A stretch of 63,865 nucleotides of DNA, the filler included. It is 5 parts of 5 records of this genome, joined end to end, with 100 filler letters (N's around TTAATTAATTAA, not from the genome) between each part and the next. Parts side by side here need not be neighbours in the genome. Positions count along the whole stretch, not along the records: positions 1 to 15,760 come from SRR20825006_1071; 4 more parts are not named here. One strand, given 5' to 3'. The position numbers were made by a program, and so were the translations under genes. The notes under the pieces were generated by a model. That model made no database searches, was not told the origin of the DNA, and saw only the letters and a program-made list of their open reading frames with translations. Below are positions 1 through 10,581 of the stretch, in pieces. Within the stretch, counting starts at the first letter, position 1. Every line of letters begins with the position of its first letter.

Positions 1-361
1 GCGGACGAGCGATAGCGAGGGCCGCGGGGGCGCGGGGGGCGTGTTCTCGCTCTCTGCAAAACGGTCGCCACAAGCAAAACGCCAACCTCTCGAAACAGCG
101 TCACTTTTCCGACCACCGGTTCGGAAAACGATCGCAGTGCGAGGAAAGACCTCGTCCAAGTCATTCGAGTGTCAGGGAAAAGGCGACTTTGTGACGCAGC
201 GCGTCGAAAAGCATTGACCTGTGGGAAATCTTTGGTAGATCCTGCCCTCGGAACTGGCGAGGTCCACTCAAAACCACATCGGTACTGTTTCTTCGACGAC
301 GAGCGAGCACAAGCATAGAGCCCCTCTCTCGTATGGCCGAAGTGTACCAGGAGCGCCCCTG

Positions 362-1435
362 ATGACGACGCAAGCAACCGCCCGCCCCCTCGAGGTCTTG
401 TGTTTCGGCGAGACGATCATCGATTTTTTGCCCGACCGTCGCGCTCGCTTGCGTGACGTCGAGAGCTTTCGCAAGATCGTGGGCGGCGCGCCCGCGAACG
501 TCGCGCTCGGGCTGGCCAGGTTGGGCCGACGCTCCGGCCTGATGAGCAAGGTCGGCGAGGACGAGTTCGGACACTTCCTGCTCGAATCACTGGCAAAGGA
601 GGGGGTCTGCACGCTGGCCATGATCCCCACCAACGAAGCGCCCACCGGGTTCACCTTCGTGAGCCTGACGCCCGATGGCGAGCGCAGCTTCACCTCCCCG
701 AAAATCATCACCGCCGACGAGACGCTGCGCATCGAGGAGGTCGACCTGAGTCAGATCGATCGCGCCGAGATGATGCTCTTTGGCACAAACCAGATGGTCA
801 CGCCAAAGCTTCGCGACGCGGCGATGCTCGCGCTGCGTACCGCGCATCAACGCGATCGCTTCGTCGCCTTCGACCCCAACATCCGCCTCCACCTCTGGGA
901 TGACACCCGCCGCGTGCTCCCCTGCATGAACGAAGCGATCCCCAACGTGGATCTCGTCAAGCTCAACGACGAGGAGATCGATATGCTCGGTCGCGGCATG
1001 AGCGCCGAACAGATCTACACCGAGTGGTTCGAACCCGCAGGCGTCACCGCGCTGATCGCGACCTACGCCTCCGGCGGCGCGGAGGTCTTCTGCGGAGACT
1101 TCCGCCTGAGCGTCGACGCCCCTGACGTCGAGGTTATCGACACCACCGGCGCAGGCGATGGCTTCGTCGCTGGCGTCCTCTCGGCCATCTGTGGACTGAC
1201 CGAGGATATGAACGTCCGCTCGGCCAGAGCGCTCCGCGCCCGACTGCGCGCCTGGGATGTGAAGACCTGGCGTCACATCCTCGAGCTCGGCTGCTTCGTC
1301 GGCTCGCACGTCTGCACCACGCTCGGCGCGACCACCGGCCTCCCGACGCTCGACCAGGTCCCCGAGCGGATCAAGCCAAAGAACAAGGTGCCTGTCACGC
1401 AAGCTTCTCTTGCCGAGGTCAAGGCGACGACCTAG
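362..1435 (+). CDS. PfkB-family carbohydrate kinase (fructokinase-like)
   Basis: GGAPANVA N-terminal signature, DPNIR motif and DTTGAGD anion-hole motif. Confidence 0.9.
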   Translation: MTTQATARPLEVLCFGETIIDFLPDRRARLRDVESFRKIVGGAPANVALGLARLGRRSGLMSKVGEDEFGHFLLESLAKEGVCTLAMIPTNEAPTGFTFVSLTPDGERSFTSPKIITADETLRIEEVDLSQIDRAEMMLFGTNQMVTPKLRDAAMLALRTAHQRDRFVAFDPNIRLHLWDDTRRVLPCMNEAIPNVDLVKLNDEEIDMLGRGMSAEQIYTEWFEPAGVTALIATYASGGAEVFCGDFRLSVDAPDVEVIDTTGAGDGFVAGVLSAICGLTEDMNVRSARALRARLRAWDVKTWRHILELGCFVGSHVCTTLGATTGLPTLDQVPERIKPKNKVPVTQASLAEVKATT

Positions 1436-1522
1436 GCTGTCGGGCGCATCCGTTGCAAGTCAATGGATCCCGCCCGGTGACACGCGGATGGGATCCTCAC
1501 GCCAGACACCCGAGAGGAGCTC

Positions 1523-3226
1523 ATGCGCCCTGCCTTTGACAAACTGCTCACCCTTCTTTGCGTCGGCTCGCTCGCCATCCTCGCGAGCACGGGTTGTAAG
1601 GACCCAAAGCCTGATCCCGAACCAAAGGAAGAGGTCGCCGCCGAGCCCGTGACCGTCAAGGTCATCGCGCTCAACGACCTCCATGGCCACATGGAAGGTC
1701 CGAGCGGCAAGGTCAAGCTCGCCGGTGAACGCGTCGAGGCAGGCGGCCTCGACGCCATGGCCACCCACCTCGAAGCCATCCGCGCCAAAAACCCCAATCA
1801 CGCGTTCGTCTGCGCGGGCGATCTCGTCGGCGCGAGCCCACTGATTTCCGCGCTCTTTCACGATGAGCCCACCGTCGAGGCGATGAACAAGCTCGGCCTC
1901 GACTTCCTCGCGGTCGGAAACCACGAGTTCGACGAAGGGGTCGACGAGCTGCTCCGCCTCCAGAAAGGAGGTTGTCACCCCGAGGATGGCTGCCAGGGCA
2001 AGGACAGCTACGAAGGCGCACAGTTCTCCTTCCTCGCCGCAAACGTCATCGTCAAGGAGACCGGGAAGACGCTCTTTCCCGCCTATGGCGTCAAAGAGTT
2101 TGGCGCCGTCAAGGTCGGCTTCATCGGGCTCACGCTCGAAGGCACGCCAGACGCCACGAGCCCCGCGGGCATCAAGACCGTGTCATTTCTGGATGAAGCC
2201 GAGTCGATCAACAAGGCCGCCAAGGAACTTCAAGGCCAGGGCGTCGAAGCGATCGTTGTCGTGATTCACGAGGGCGCCATCCACGAAAACCCTGACGCCT
2301 ACAAGGACATCAATGATTGTCCTGGCCTGGTCGGTCCGATCGTCGAGATCAACGAGAACCTCGATCCTTCCATCGACGCCATCGTCGCTGGCCACACGCA
2401 CCAGGCGTTTAACTGCGAGCTCGAAGGCAGGTTGCTCACCAGCGCCAAGTCCTATGGCCGCGTCCTCACCGAGATCGACCTCACCATCGACCCGAAGACG
2501 GGCGACGTGATCGAGAAGAAGGCGGTCAACGTCGCCACCACGCGCGATGGCGCCCTCGATGCTTCGATGGCAAGTCACATCGGTCGCTATCGCGAGCTCG
2601 TCCGCCCGCTCGCGCAAAAACCTGTGGGCAACATCGCCAAGGACATCCTGCGCGCGACCGACGAGGACGGCTACTCGCAGCTCGCGGGTATCATCGCCGA
2701 TGCTCAGGTCAGCGCGACGAGCGCTCCAGATATGGGCGGCGCACAGTTCGCGTTGATGAACCTTGGCGGCGTGCGCAATGACATGATTCACAAGAGCTCG
2801 CCAGCCGGAGAAGGCGATGGTGTGGTGACCTACGAGGAGGTTTTCAGCGTGCAACCGTTCGGGAACACGCTCGTCGTGCTCGAAATCACCGGCGCACAGC
2901 TCGAGCAGCTCCTCGAGATGCAGTGGCAAGGTCAGGATCGCGTCCGCATGCTGCAACCCTCCTCGCAGCTCTCCTACAGTTGGAACGAGACCGACGGCGA
3001 TCACATCGCGCCAGAAGACATCCTCTACATGGGCAAGCCCGTTGACCCCAACACCACCTACAAGGTCACCGTCAACAGCTTCCTCGCCTCAGGCGGTGAC
3101 GGCTTCTCGCTGCTCGCCGAGCTAAAGCAAGCCGCCGGCGGCCCGATCGATGCTGACGCGTTCGTCGACTACATGGGCGCCAACTCTCCACTCGATGTGA
3201 AGAAGTCGCGCATCACCAAGAAGTGA
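1523..3226 (+). CDS. Bifunctional metallophosphatase/5'-nucleotidase, lipoprotein
   Basis: NDLHGH, AGD, GNHEFD, GHTH motifs; C-terminal NLGGVR/QPFGN/GGDGF; lipobox-like STGC. Confidence 0.92.
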   Translation: MRPAFDKLLTLLCVGSLAILASTGCKDPKPDPEPKEEVAAEPVTVKVIALNDLHGHMEGPSGKVKLAGERVEAGGLDAMATHLEAIRAKNPNHAFVCAGDLVGASPLISALFHDEPTVEAMNKLGLDFLAVGNHEFDEGVDELLRLQKGGCHPEDGCQGKDSYEGAQFSFLAANVIVKETGKTLFPAYGVKEFGAVKVGFIGLTLEGTPDATSPAGIKTVSFLDEAESINKAAKELQGQGVEAIVVVIHEGAIHENPDAYKDINDCPGLVGPIVEINENLDPSIDAIVAGHTHQAFNCELEGRLLTSAKSYGRVLTEIDLTIDPKTGDVIEKKAVNVATTRDGALDASMASHIGRYRELVRPLAQKPVGNIAKDILRATDEDGYSQLAGIIADAQVSATSAPDMGGAQFALMNLGGVRNDMIHKSSPAGEGDGVVTYEEVFSVQPFGNTLVVLEITGAQLEQLLEMQWQGQDRVRMLQPSSQLSYSWNETDGDHIAPEDILYMGKPVDPNTTYKVTVNSFLASGGDGFSLLAELKQAAGGPIDADAFVDYMGANSPLDVKKSRITKK

Positions 3227-3237
3227 TCACGCGCTGA

Positions 3238-4029
3238 TCAATCGATCGCCACACCTGCGTCCAAGGTCGGGAGCGCGCTCAGCGAGCGCGCTCCTTTTTT
3301 GTCGACAGACCAGAGCGCCATCACGCCCGCGCCAAACTTCACGCGCCGCCAACGCCACGAGACCTCCACGCGCTGCTCGATCTGAGCGAACTCCACGGCG
3401 GGCAACACGAAGAGCTGCGTATCGAGGAAGTAGTACATCTGGCCCGCGAGCCAGGCATCCCAGCGCAACCTCCCCCGCATCACCCAGGGCGCGTTGCCAA
3501 CCCTCGGAGCGATCACTGCCCACTCGTCGGCGAACGCGACCTCACGACCGGCGTGCGGCGTCCAGCTTCCCCCCGCAGAAAACGTCAGGATCGAGGCGCG
3601 AGGTCCAACCCTGGCGCTGAGTAATAGATCTGATTCCAACGTGAGGAGGAAGGGGTTCTCTCCGACCGTCGAGATCCCTCGCAGCAAGCTCGGCGTGCTC
3701 GCGCGATGGCGCGTGCTGACCGCGAGCGGCGCGTTCGCTCGAGCGAACGCGCCTGGCCAGGCGCGCTTGTAGCCAATGTTTGGCGTCAGCGCCATCAGCG
3801 GCAAGTCGATAAAGAGCTCTGCCTCGTTCGAGAGTGCGTACAACGACGGCGTCGTCAGGTTGACCTCTGTGCGGCCCGATGGAGACGTATAGGCGCTGCC
3901 CGCGCTCCAGAGCGCGTTCTCGGCGCGCGCTTCACGCGCGCCGACAAACAACAGCGCCAGTGATAACAGAATCAGCGCGCCCGAAGCCGCAGAATGCGGC
4001 GCGCGCTGCGATGAGGTTTTCTTGCTCAA
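3238..4029 (-). CDS. Hypothetical exported, possibly outer-membrane protein
   Basis: Signal peptide ending ARA-E; beta-strand-like aromatic pattern; 4-nt overlap with upstream EEP gene. Confidence 0.6.
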   Translation of the reverse strand: MSKKTSSQRAPHSAASGALILLSLALLFVGAREARAENALWSAGSAYTSPSGRTEVNLTTPSLYALSNEAELFIDLPLMALTPNIGYKRAWPGAFARANAPLAVSTRHRASTPSLLRGISTVGENPFLLTLESDLLLSARVGPRASILTFSAGGSWTPHAGREVAFADEWAVIAPRVGNAPWVMRGRLRWDAWLAGQMYYFLDTQLFVLPAVEFAQIEQRVEVSWRWRRVKFGAGVMALWSVDKKGARSLSALPTLDAGVAID

Positions 4030-5243
4030 AGCTCGAGCACCCCGAACACAGGAGCATGATCGGAGAGCGGCATCGTCTCGATGCCTCCATTTTCAGCGCT
4101 CTGGAAAGTCAGCCCGCTCCCTGCTCTCCATGCGCGATTGGTGAAGAGGTAGTCGAGCTTGCGGTTCCAGAAACCGTTGGCGTCCGTGGTATGTGAGAAG
4201 TAAGCGCCCTCGTTCGCCAGGTAATCCTCGAGCGGAACCGCCGGGTTGTACTTCTCGTAGAGCGGCTCGAGCCAGCGCGTTTGTCCTCGAAAATCATTGG
4301 CCTGGAAGGACTCCTCGACCGCGGCGCTGTCATCGAACCCGTGCAACCTGCTCGCGCCGGGCGGCGGGATGTTGAAATCACCACCGAACAGGAGCGCCTG
4401 TTCGCCGCCACCGCCGAGCTCATCGAGGTAGCGCCCCAACGCATCGAACTGCCAGCGCTTGGTGTTCCCCGAGGCAAACGCCGAGGTGTGCACGCAGGCA
4501 CATTGCAAGGGCTCGACGCCGGGGACGTTGATGCGCGCGGTGAGCAGACAACGACGCAGAAAGAAATACTGTGTCAGCCCATCCTGCTCGTCGATCAGCG
4601 GCAGCGCCCAGCGCTCCTGTTGATCGATGGGATAGCGCGACAGGATCGCGATGCCCGTATCCACCGCGCCGAGCCCACGGCTTGGCAACCAGCCGATCTT
4701 CCACTGCGAGGCAAACGCGGCAAACGAGAGCGAGGTATGATCGAGCAGCCACTGGAGCTGGTCGATCATCGAGGAGCGGCGAGAGCGCAGATCGATCTCC
4801 TGGATCATCAGGACATCGGGTTCGACCTTGTTGATGGCGTGAGCGAGGCGTTGCAGGTGATGCAGCACCTCGTGCTCGTACATCAGGACGCGATCACCGT
4901 GACCGTCATAGAAGAAGTCGATGCGGCCGCCGCCGTACTTGATGTTCCAGCTCATGACCTTGAGGCCACCGCTGTAATCAGGCACGAGCGCGGCGCGGCG
5001 AGAGCTTCGATAGAGCTTCGCGGGCTGGCGCGTGGGGAGGTTCGCGCCGAAGGGATCGAGCGACCAGAGCGGGATGACCGCGAGCCGTGCCAGCTTGGAG
5101 CGGCCCAATGTTTTGGCGACCGCCATCAGGCTAAAGCGCCCTTTCTGGATCAGTTCGCGTTTTTGCTCGCGATCCAACTGACTCAATGTCTCGCTGCCTT
5201 CTGGAGAGGATCGTTTAAAGCGCCCGAATTCTCGAACAAGCAA
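4026..5243 (-). CDS. Endonuclease/exonuclease/phosphatase (EEP) family protein; start may be at 5126
   Basis: SWNIK, IQEID, GGDFN, LDYLF and SDH motifs. Confidence 0.88.
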   Translation of the reverse strand: MLVREFGRFKRSSPEGSETLSQLDREQKRELIQKGRFSLMAVAKTLGRSKLARLAVIPLWSLDPFGANLPTRQPAKLYRSSRRAALVPDYSGGLKVMSWNIKYGGGRIDFFYDGHGDRVLMYEHEVLHHLQRLAHAINKVEPDVLMIQEIDLRSRRSSMIDQLQWLLDHTSLSFAAFASQWKIGWLPSRGLGAVDTGIAILSRYPIDQQERWALPLIDEQDGLTQYFFLRRCLLTARINVPGVEPLQCACVHTSAFASGNTKRWQFDALGRYLDELGGGGEQALLFGGDFNIPPPGASRLHGFDDSAAVEESFQANDFRGQTRWLEPLYEKYNPAVPLEDYLANEGAYFSHTTDANGFWNRKLDYLFTNRAWRAGSGLTFQSAENGGIETMPLSDHAPVFGVLEL

Positions 5244-5272
5244 GACTGGTTTTAGAGCATCGCGCGCAGAAA

Positions 5273-5323
5273 AAAAAGAGGTCGAGCGGCTGTCCGAATC
5301 GGACAGCCGCTCGACCTCTTTTT
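5273..5323. terminator. Intrinsic terminator, likely bidirectional
   Basis: Perfect 25-bp inverted repeat AAAAAGAGGTCGAGCGGCTGTCCGA / TCGGACAGCCGCTCGACCTCTTTTT downstream of 5370..6896. Confidence 0.85.
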
Positions 5324-5369
5324 CAGGTGCTCGTCGTGAACGCGTGTTCCGGCGAGTTATCGGTGAGGA

Positions 5370-6896
5370 TCACTCACAGGCGCCAGTGGTGAGGTTGGCG
5401 AAGGGGTGATCGTCATACTCGGCGTCACATCCGAGGTCTTCACCGTCGACGCTGACGGGCTCGCAGACCGCGGGAGCCTCTTCGATGAGGCACTGGTTGG
5501 CCTCGACGAGGATGTCGATATTGCGTGCGGTGGACTTCATCACGAGCGCGCCCGAGACGACCTCGACCTGCTCGGTGTCATCGTGGATGAGGATGGTGGG
5601 CGAATCACCCGTGAACGAGAGCTTGAGCTCGTCGTCCATCATCCAGTCCTCGGCGTCGACGTGCCCGGCGGTCTCGGCATCGAGGTTCTTGAAGGAGAAC
5701 AGCGCGCCAAAGTCGACGCCAGGGGCGAAGACGGCCTCGATGCCACCTTCGGCTTCCTTGGCGGTCACGTCGAAGGCGTTGGCGAGCGCGACTTCGAGGA
5801 CGCGCTTGGAGTCGATATCGAGCGTGAGCGGGCCGTTGCCAAGGCTGATGCCCTTGAATTCGAGGATCTCGTTGGCGGCGTCGAGGATGACGGTGCCCTT
5901 GGCGCCATCGAGGTGAAGATCGACGTTGTAGGTGATCTCCTCCTCGGTGGAGTCAAACCCGCCGTCTGGGGTGCTCACGTCATTGTAGATGTACTCGGTG
6001 ACCGGGAAGTTCAGGTCGAGCGCGTTCCAGTTGACGGTGTAGGAGAAGGTCTCGCTGCCCGCGTTCATCGAGGCGCTGATGGCAGGTTGAGCGACCGCGA
6101 CGCGGATATCATAGCCCTCCTGTGCGTCCTGAACGCGGACAGCTTCCATCACGTCGAAGGCGCCGGTGAGTTTCTGGTTGCCATCACGCGTGAGCGAGAG
6201 GCGGACGCGACCCTCGAAGGTGTCGGGGAACTCGTCGGAGACGTCCTGCTGCTCGAAGCTGTTGGCGAGATAGACGACCGTGTCGCGCACGCCGCCAAGG
6301 CTCGTCTCGAACGCGAGCGTGTTCTGCCAGACATCAAAGGAGACGGGGTTAAAGCGGTTGGGGCCGACGAGGACATCGATGCTGATGTCTCCCTCGTTTG
6401 GCGAGGTCACCACGAGGCGAACCTCGGCTTTATCCACCGCGTCGACGCACGCGCTCATGTCACCATCATCGGCGACGAGCTCGCCGCATACCGAGGAGCC
6501 CCTGACGATGTAGGTGATCTCCTTGCGCTTCTCCTCTTCGATGTTTGACTCGATGAAGATGTTGCGCTCGAGGAAACCGATCGCCTCGTCGGAGGCCTCG
6601 CGGAACTCGGCGTCGAGCTCTGGCGCAGGCTCTGGCTCGGGTTCAAAGGAGCAGCCATCCCCGAAACAGTCGGAGCCATCTTGCGAAGGCCCGACGATCT
6701 CGACCTCGGCGCGCGTGAAGAGGGTGCTCTTGCTCATGACGCGGATATTGTTCTCCGCGGTCAGGCTCATGGCGCGCAGGTTCGTGGTGATCGCCTCGTT
6801 GGTCGAGGCCGTGTCCACAGGTTCTCCGCAGGCGACGAGAGCGGTCGCGGCGAAGGTCAGTCCGAGAGCTTTGAGGATATGCTTTTGCTGAACCAT
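5370..6896 (-). CDS. Hypothetical acidic lipoprotein
   Basis: LVAC lipobox, GGAG SD, Asp/Glu-rich, cysteine pairs near both ends. Confidence 0.8.
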   Translation of the reverse strand: MVQQKHILKALGLTFAATALVACGEPVDTASTNEAITTNLRAMSLTAENNIRVMSKSTLFTRAEVEIVGPSQDGSDCFGDGCSFEPEPEPAPELDAEFREASDEAIGFLERNIFIESNIEEEKRKEITYIVRGSSVCGELVADDGDMSACVDAVDKAEVRLVVTSPNEGDISIDVLVGPNRFNPVSFDVWQNTLAFETSLGGVRDTVVYLANSFEQQDVSDEFPDTFEGRVRLSLTRDGNQKLTGAFDVMEAVRVQDAQEGYDIRVAVAQPAISASMNAGSETFSYTVNWNALDLNFPVTEYIYNDVSTPDGGFDSTEEEITYNVDLHLDGAKGTVILDAANEILEFKGISLGNGPLTLDIDSKRVLEVALANAFDVTAKEAEGGIEAVFAPGVDFGALFSFKNLDAETAGHVDAEDWMMDDELKLSFTGDSPTILIHDDTEQVEVVSGALVMKSTARNIDILVEANQCLIEEAPAVCEPVSVDGEDLGCDAEYDDHPFANLTTGACE

Positions 6897-7089
6897 GGGG
6901 CTATCTCCTTGAAATCTCGATCATTTGAAGCCAATTCACTGACTCCAGTGTTTATCATCAGTTGCAACAAGCAGCGCTTTGACGGCGTGAAATCCATTTT
7001 ATTCAAAAAACACCGTTCGAGCCTGCCAATTCATGAAAACCCGTCCTTTTTCATTTCATAAAGGTTGTCGCGGGTCGGCCCCAAGATTG

Positions 7090-7105
7090 TGCACGGCGCA
7101 TGCCA
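7090..7105 (-). promoter_or_regulatory. Putative sigma-54 promoter
   Basis: Minus strand TGGCATGCGCCGTGCA has GG and GC at -24/-12 spacing and faces the lipoprotein gene. Confidence 0.55.
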
Positions 7106-7270
7106 AACACCTGTCTCGCCACACGAGAAAACGCCTACGACAAGGCAACACGCCGCGATGAACAACTCGGCCTGGTAAACAAAATATGTGGTGAGGAATA
7201 AGGAAGGCGCAGGTTGGAGTAACACTTCTCCACTTTGTTCAGGTAGAGACACTCCAGCGAGGATCGGCGC

Positions 7271-7831
7271 ATGCAAGAACATTCTCATACGACGGCGATG
7301 AAACGCATCATCATCGTGGGGACGAGCGGTTCGGGGAAGACGACGCTGGCCAACGCGCTGGCGGACAGGCTCGAGCTCGCGCGCATCGAGCTCGACGCCC
7401 TCTTCTGGGAGGAGAACTGGAGCGCGGACCGCGTGCGCTTCGAGCGCGACCTGCGCGAGGCGTGCGCTCAGGATGGGTGGGTGATGGATGGCAACTACAC
7501 GTCGTGGCTGCACATCACCTGGGCCTCGGCGGATACGATCATCTGGTTGAAATATGACCTGAGCGTCTTTCTCCCGAGGCTCACCTCGCGCACGATCAAA
7601 CGCATCACCACGAAAGAGGCGCTCTGGGGAGGGCCGAACCGCGAGACATTGCGCAAGACGCTCTCGCGCGACTCGATCATTTTGTGGGCGCTAAAGACCT
7701 ACAGACGCCAGCGGCGGCAGTTCCCCAGGTTGTTTGCTGCCGAGGAGCACGCGCACCTTCGCGTGATCGAGTTGGAATCACCCGAGGCGTGCGAGCGGTT
7801 CTTACAACAACTCAAGAAACCCAGCGCGTGA
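7271..7831 (+). CDS. Adenylate-kinase-like P-loop protein (FlaR/topology-modulation family)
   Basis: [15 protein letters not shown] and WVMDGNY motifs; alternative start 7298. Confidence 0.85.
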   Translation: MQEHSHTTAMKRIIIVGTSGSGKTTLANALADRLELARIELDALFWEENWSADRVRFERDLREACAQDGWVMDGNYTSWLHITWASADTIIWLKYDLSVFLPRLTSRTIKRITTKEALWGGPNRETLRKTLSRDSIILWALKTYRRQRRQFPRLFAAEEHAHLRVIELESPEACERFLQQLKKPSA

Positions 7832-8396
7832 TGTCCTGTTGCACGAGCGTCATGACTTGCCCATCCCAATCCCAGACATTCTGCGAGCCTCGGCCCGCTT
7901 CATCGGCCAACACGAAGCCCTCTTCATGCACCCAGAGTTGATGATAGCTCCCTTCTGGAAGCTCCCAGCGAGGATCGATGGCGCGATGCCACACGCTCCA
8001 GAACTCGTAGTGACAGGCGAAGTCGTCGTCGTGATCGGTGTCCTCGCGATCGAGGAAGGCGCGCCACTCCTCTTTGTAGAGCCAGAGCGCCTTGTCCGAG
8101 TGTTTATCGACGATCTCGTTGAAGGCGACGGCGCCGGGGAGATCGGTGATGGCGACAAAGATACGCTCGGTGATCGGGTCCTTGGCCAGGATCGGGTAGC
8201 GCTCGAGCGCCTCGTCGGAGGTGGCGTACTCGAGGAAGGAGATCAGCGAGCCACCAGTGATACGCCGTTGCCAGTCGCGCAGCGGATCGAGCATGTGACC
8301 ATCGAGCAGAGGATCGCGCTCGCAGTGATTTTTTACAAACTCGACGAGCGCTCGGTACCAAGCGCTCGGATCGGCATCAGTGTTGACGGTGGTCAT
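7812..8396 (-). CDS. Hypothetical protein (W/H/E-rich C-terminus)
   Basis: ATG at 8396 preceded by GAGGTG; GC-ending codons. Confidence 0.65.
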   Translation of the reverse strand: MTTVNTDADPSAWYRALVEFVKNHCERDPLLDGHMLDPLRDWQRRITGGSLISFLEYATSDEALERYPILAKDPITERIFVAITDLPGAVAFNEIVDKHSDKALWLYKEEWRAFLDREDTDHDDDFACHYEFWSVWHRAIDPRWELPEGSYHQLWVHEEGFVLADEAGRGSQNVWDWDGQVMTLVQQDITRWVS

Positions 8397-8847
8397 CGAG
8401 CACCTCTTGACAAAACAGGGGGCGAAAAAGCAGTAGCCGGGTGGAAACACCGACCCATGACCAGAAACGGGCGCCTCGGAGCGCGAAAGAGGGATAGGCC
8501 GAGGGTGCCACGAAAAACAAGCGCAAATGATCGGCATGCGAATATCGACGAGACTGATCGGGTCGAGTTGAGCATTGCATCTTTTGGGTGGCCACCTGTA
8601 GAGTGTGCCGCGTTGTGTTGAAGTGAAAGGCCCGCGTTTTGTGTTCGTTACTCGGACCTTACCCATGACAGGGTGAGCTTGACCAACGACATTTCGACCC
8701 TCTGGTCAGAAACACTGGTCACACAAAAGACCTCGAAGGGAGACGCATTTTCCTGTAGAGGTCCACGCGTGCAAGACACGCCGGCGACTCGGCTCGAGCA
8801 ACCAACGAGTCAAGAGAAGAGCGAGTGCGCCGAGAAGAGAAACAACC

Positions 8848-10581
8848 ATGGAGAACAAGATGAACATGAAGAAGAACTCGACCATCTATCTTAGCGGCGT
8901 CCTCACGATCGCGATGAGCATCGCGCTCGTGGGTTGCGATAAAAAGGGGAAGATCCCCGGCGACGCCAAGGGACGCGTCGAGGGGATGGCGAGCGTGTTG
9001 CCAAAGGGCACCGAGGCAGCACTCTTCGTCGGTGATATCGGCAAGATGCGCGAGACGATGACGACGGTGAAGTCGACCATCGGCGACGCCGTTCCTCAGC
9101 TCGAGGCCACGCAAAAGCAGGTCGAGACCGAGATCGGCTTCGATATGTTTGACGCCAAGGCATGGGAGAGCGCTGGCCTCTCGGACAAGACCGGCTTCAC
9201 GGTCGCGTTCGTGGACAACCGCCTCGCCATGGTCGCCTACGTCAACGACCGCCAGAAGTTCGACACCTTCGTCGCCGAGAAGGCCAAGAAGGCGACCGAG
9301 TCGAGCGAAGCGCCAAAGACCGAGGAGGTCGACGGCAAGCAGGTCAAGATCGTCGGCAAGGACGACCAGCAGATCGCATGGGTCCACGAAGGCAAGCTCG
9401 CCATCCTGGCGACCTCGGTCCTCGAGAAGGATATGGGCGGCGACACGAGCACGCCTCAGAAGTTCGTCGTCTCGCTCTCCAAGCTCGAGAGCGGCGCGAG
9501 CACCGCGGGCACGCCTCAGTTCAAGCAGTTCCAGAAAGCCTTCGACGGCAGCTACGGTATGGCAGGATACGCCAACGCCAAGGCGATCATCGACAACGAC
9601 GGCTACAAGAAGAACCGCGAGAACATGGTCGCAGATCCTGCCGCCAAGGTCTCGGTCGAGTGGTTCGAGAAGCACGCCGAGGTTATCGGCTTTGGCATCG
9701 GTCAGGAGGGCAACGAGCTCGAGGCGAGCTTCTTCCTCGGCGCAGATGACGCGACGAACAAGAAGTTCGTCGAGCTCTCGAAGTCGAGCGCGAAGATGCC
9801 ATGGGCTGGCTTTGCCACCGACGGTGTCTTCCTCGGGGTCCGCACCTCGGTCAACATGGAGAAGTTCTGGCCCTTCTATCTCGAGTCGATGACTCCAGAG
9901 CAGAAGAAGCAGGTCGAAGGCGCGCTCGCCGAGGCCAAGAAGAACACGGGCATCGACATCCAGAAGGAAGTCCTCGAGCAAGCGACCGGCAACATCGGTA
10001 TCTTCTTCTACGGGCTTAACGTCGGCGCGGCCATGGGCGCAGCGCAGAACCCGATGGCAGCCGCCAACGCGCTCAACCTCGCCGTCGGCGTCCAGTTCAA
10101 GGACGCCAAGGCGCTCCAGTCGCTCGTCGACAAGCTCGTCGCGAAGTCGGCTGAGGCTGGCGGACCGCCCATGAAGCCCGTCCCCGTCAAGGTCGACGGC
10201 AAAGAGGTCAGCGACGCGAACGTGATCGCCGCGCCCGATGGATCGATCAAGGTCATCATCGCTGGCGACCTGCTCGTGGTCGGCACCAAGGAGCTCTCCG
10301 AAGCGGACGCCTACAAGTACATCAAGGGCAACTCCGGCGCGAAGAGCCTCTCGGATGCAGGCGGCAAGCTCGGCAAGGACTTCGCCTCCGACAAGCCTTA
10401 CAACGGCCTCTACGTCAACGTCGAGAAGGTCACCACGCTCGTCTCGGCGTTCGCCGCTGGCTCGCCACCCGAGAAGGTCCTCAAGAAGCTCTCCGAGGCA
10501 TCCTTGACCTCGGAGAACACCGACAACGGCTCCTTTGTCCACCTCCGCATCACCACCAAGGGTGGCGGCGCAGACAAGTGA
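8848..10581 (+). CDS. Hypothetical Lys-rich lipoprotein
   Basis: LVGC lipobox; strong GC3 bias. Confidence 0.85.
   Translation: MENKMNMKKNSTIYLSGVLTIAMSIALVGCDKKGKIPGDAKGRVEGMASVLPKGTEAALFVGDIGKMRETMTTVKSTIGDAVPQLEATQKQVETEIGFDMFDAKAWESAGLSDKTGFTVAFVDNRLAMVAYVNDRQKFDTFVAEKAKKATESSEAPKTEEVDGKQVKIVGKDDQQIAWVHEGKLAILATSVLEKDMGGDTSTPQKFVVSLSKLESGASTAGTPQFKQFQKAFDGSYGMAGYANAKAIIDNDGYKKNRENMVADPAAKVSVEWFEKHAEVIGFGIGQEGNELEASFFLGADDATNKKFVELSKSSAKMPWAGFATDGVFLGVRTSVNMEKFWPFYLESMTPEQKKQVEGALAEAKKNTGIDIQKEVLEQATGNIGIFFYGLNVGAAMGAAQNPMAAANALNLAVGVQFKDAKALQSLVDKLVAKSAEAGGPPMKPVPVKVDGKEVSDANVIAAPDGSIKVIIAGDLLVVGTKELSEADAYKYIKGNSGAKSLSDAGGKLGKDFASDKPYNGLYVNVEKVTTLVSAFAAGSPPEKVLKKLSEASLTSENTDNGSFVHLRITTKGGGADK

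Noticed and set aside
8719-10542. 607-aa antisense ORF, and similar shadows at 5406-6548, 38348-39784 and 53993-54985
   Set aside because: They mirror genuine high-GC3 genes on the opposite strand and carry no motifs.
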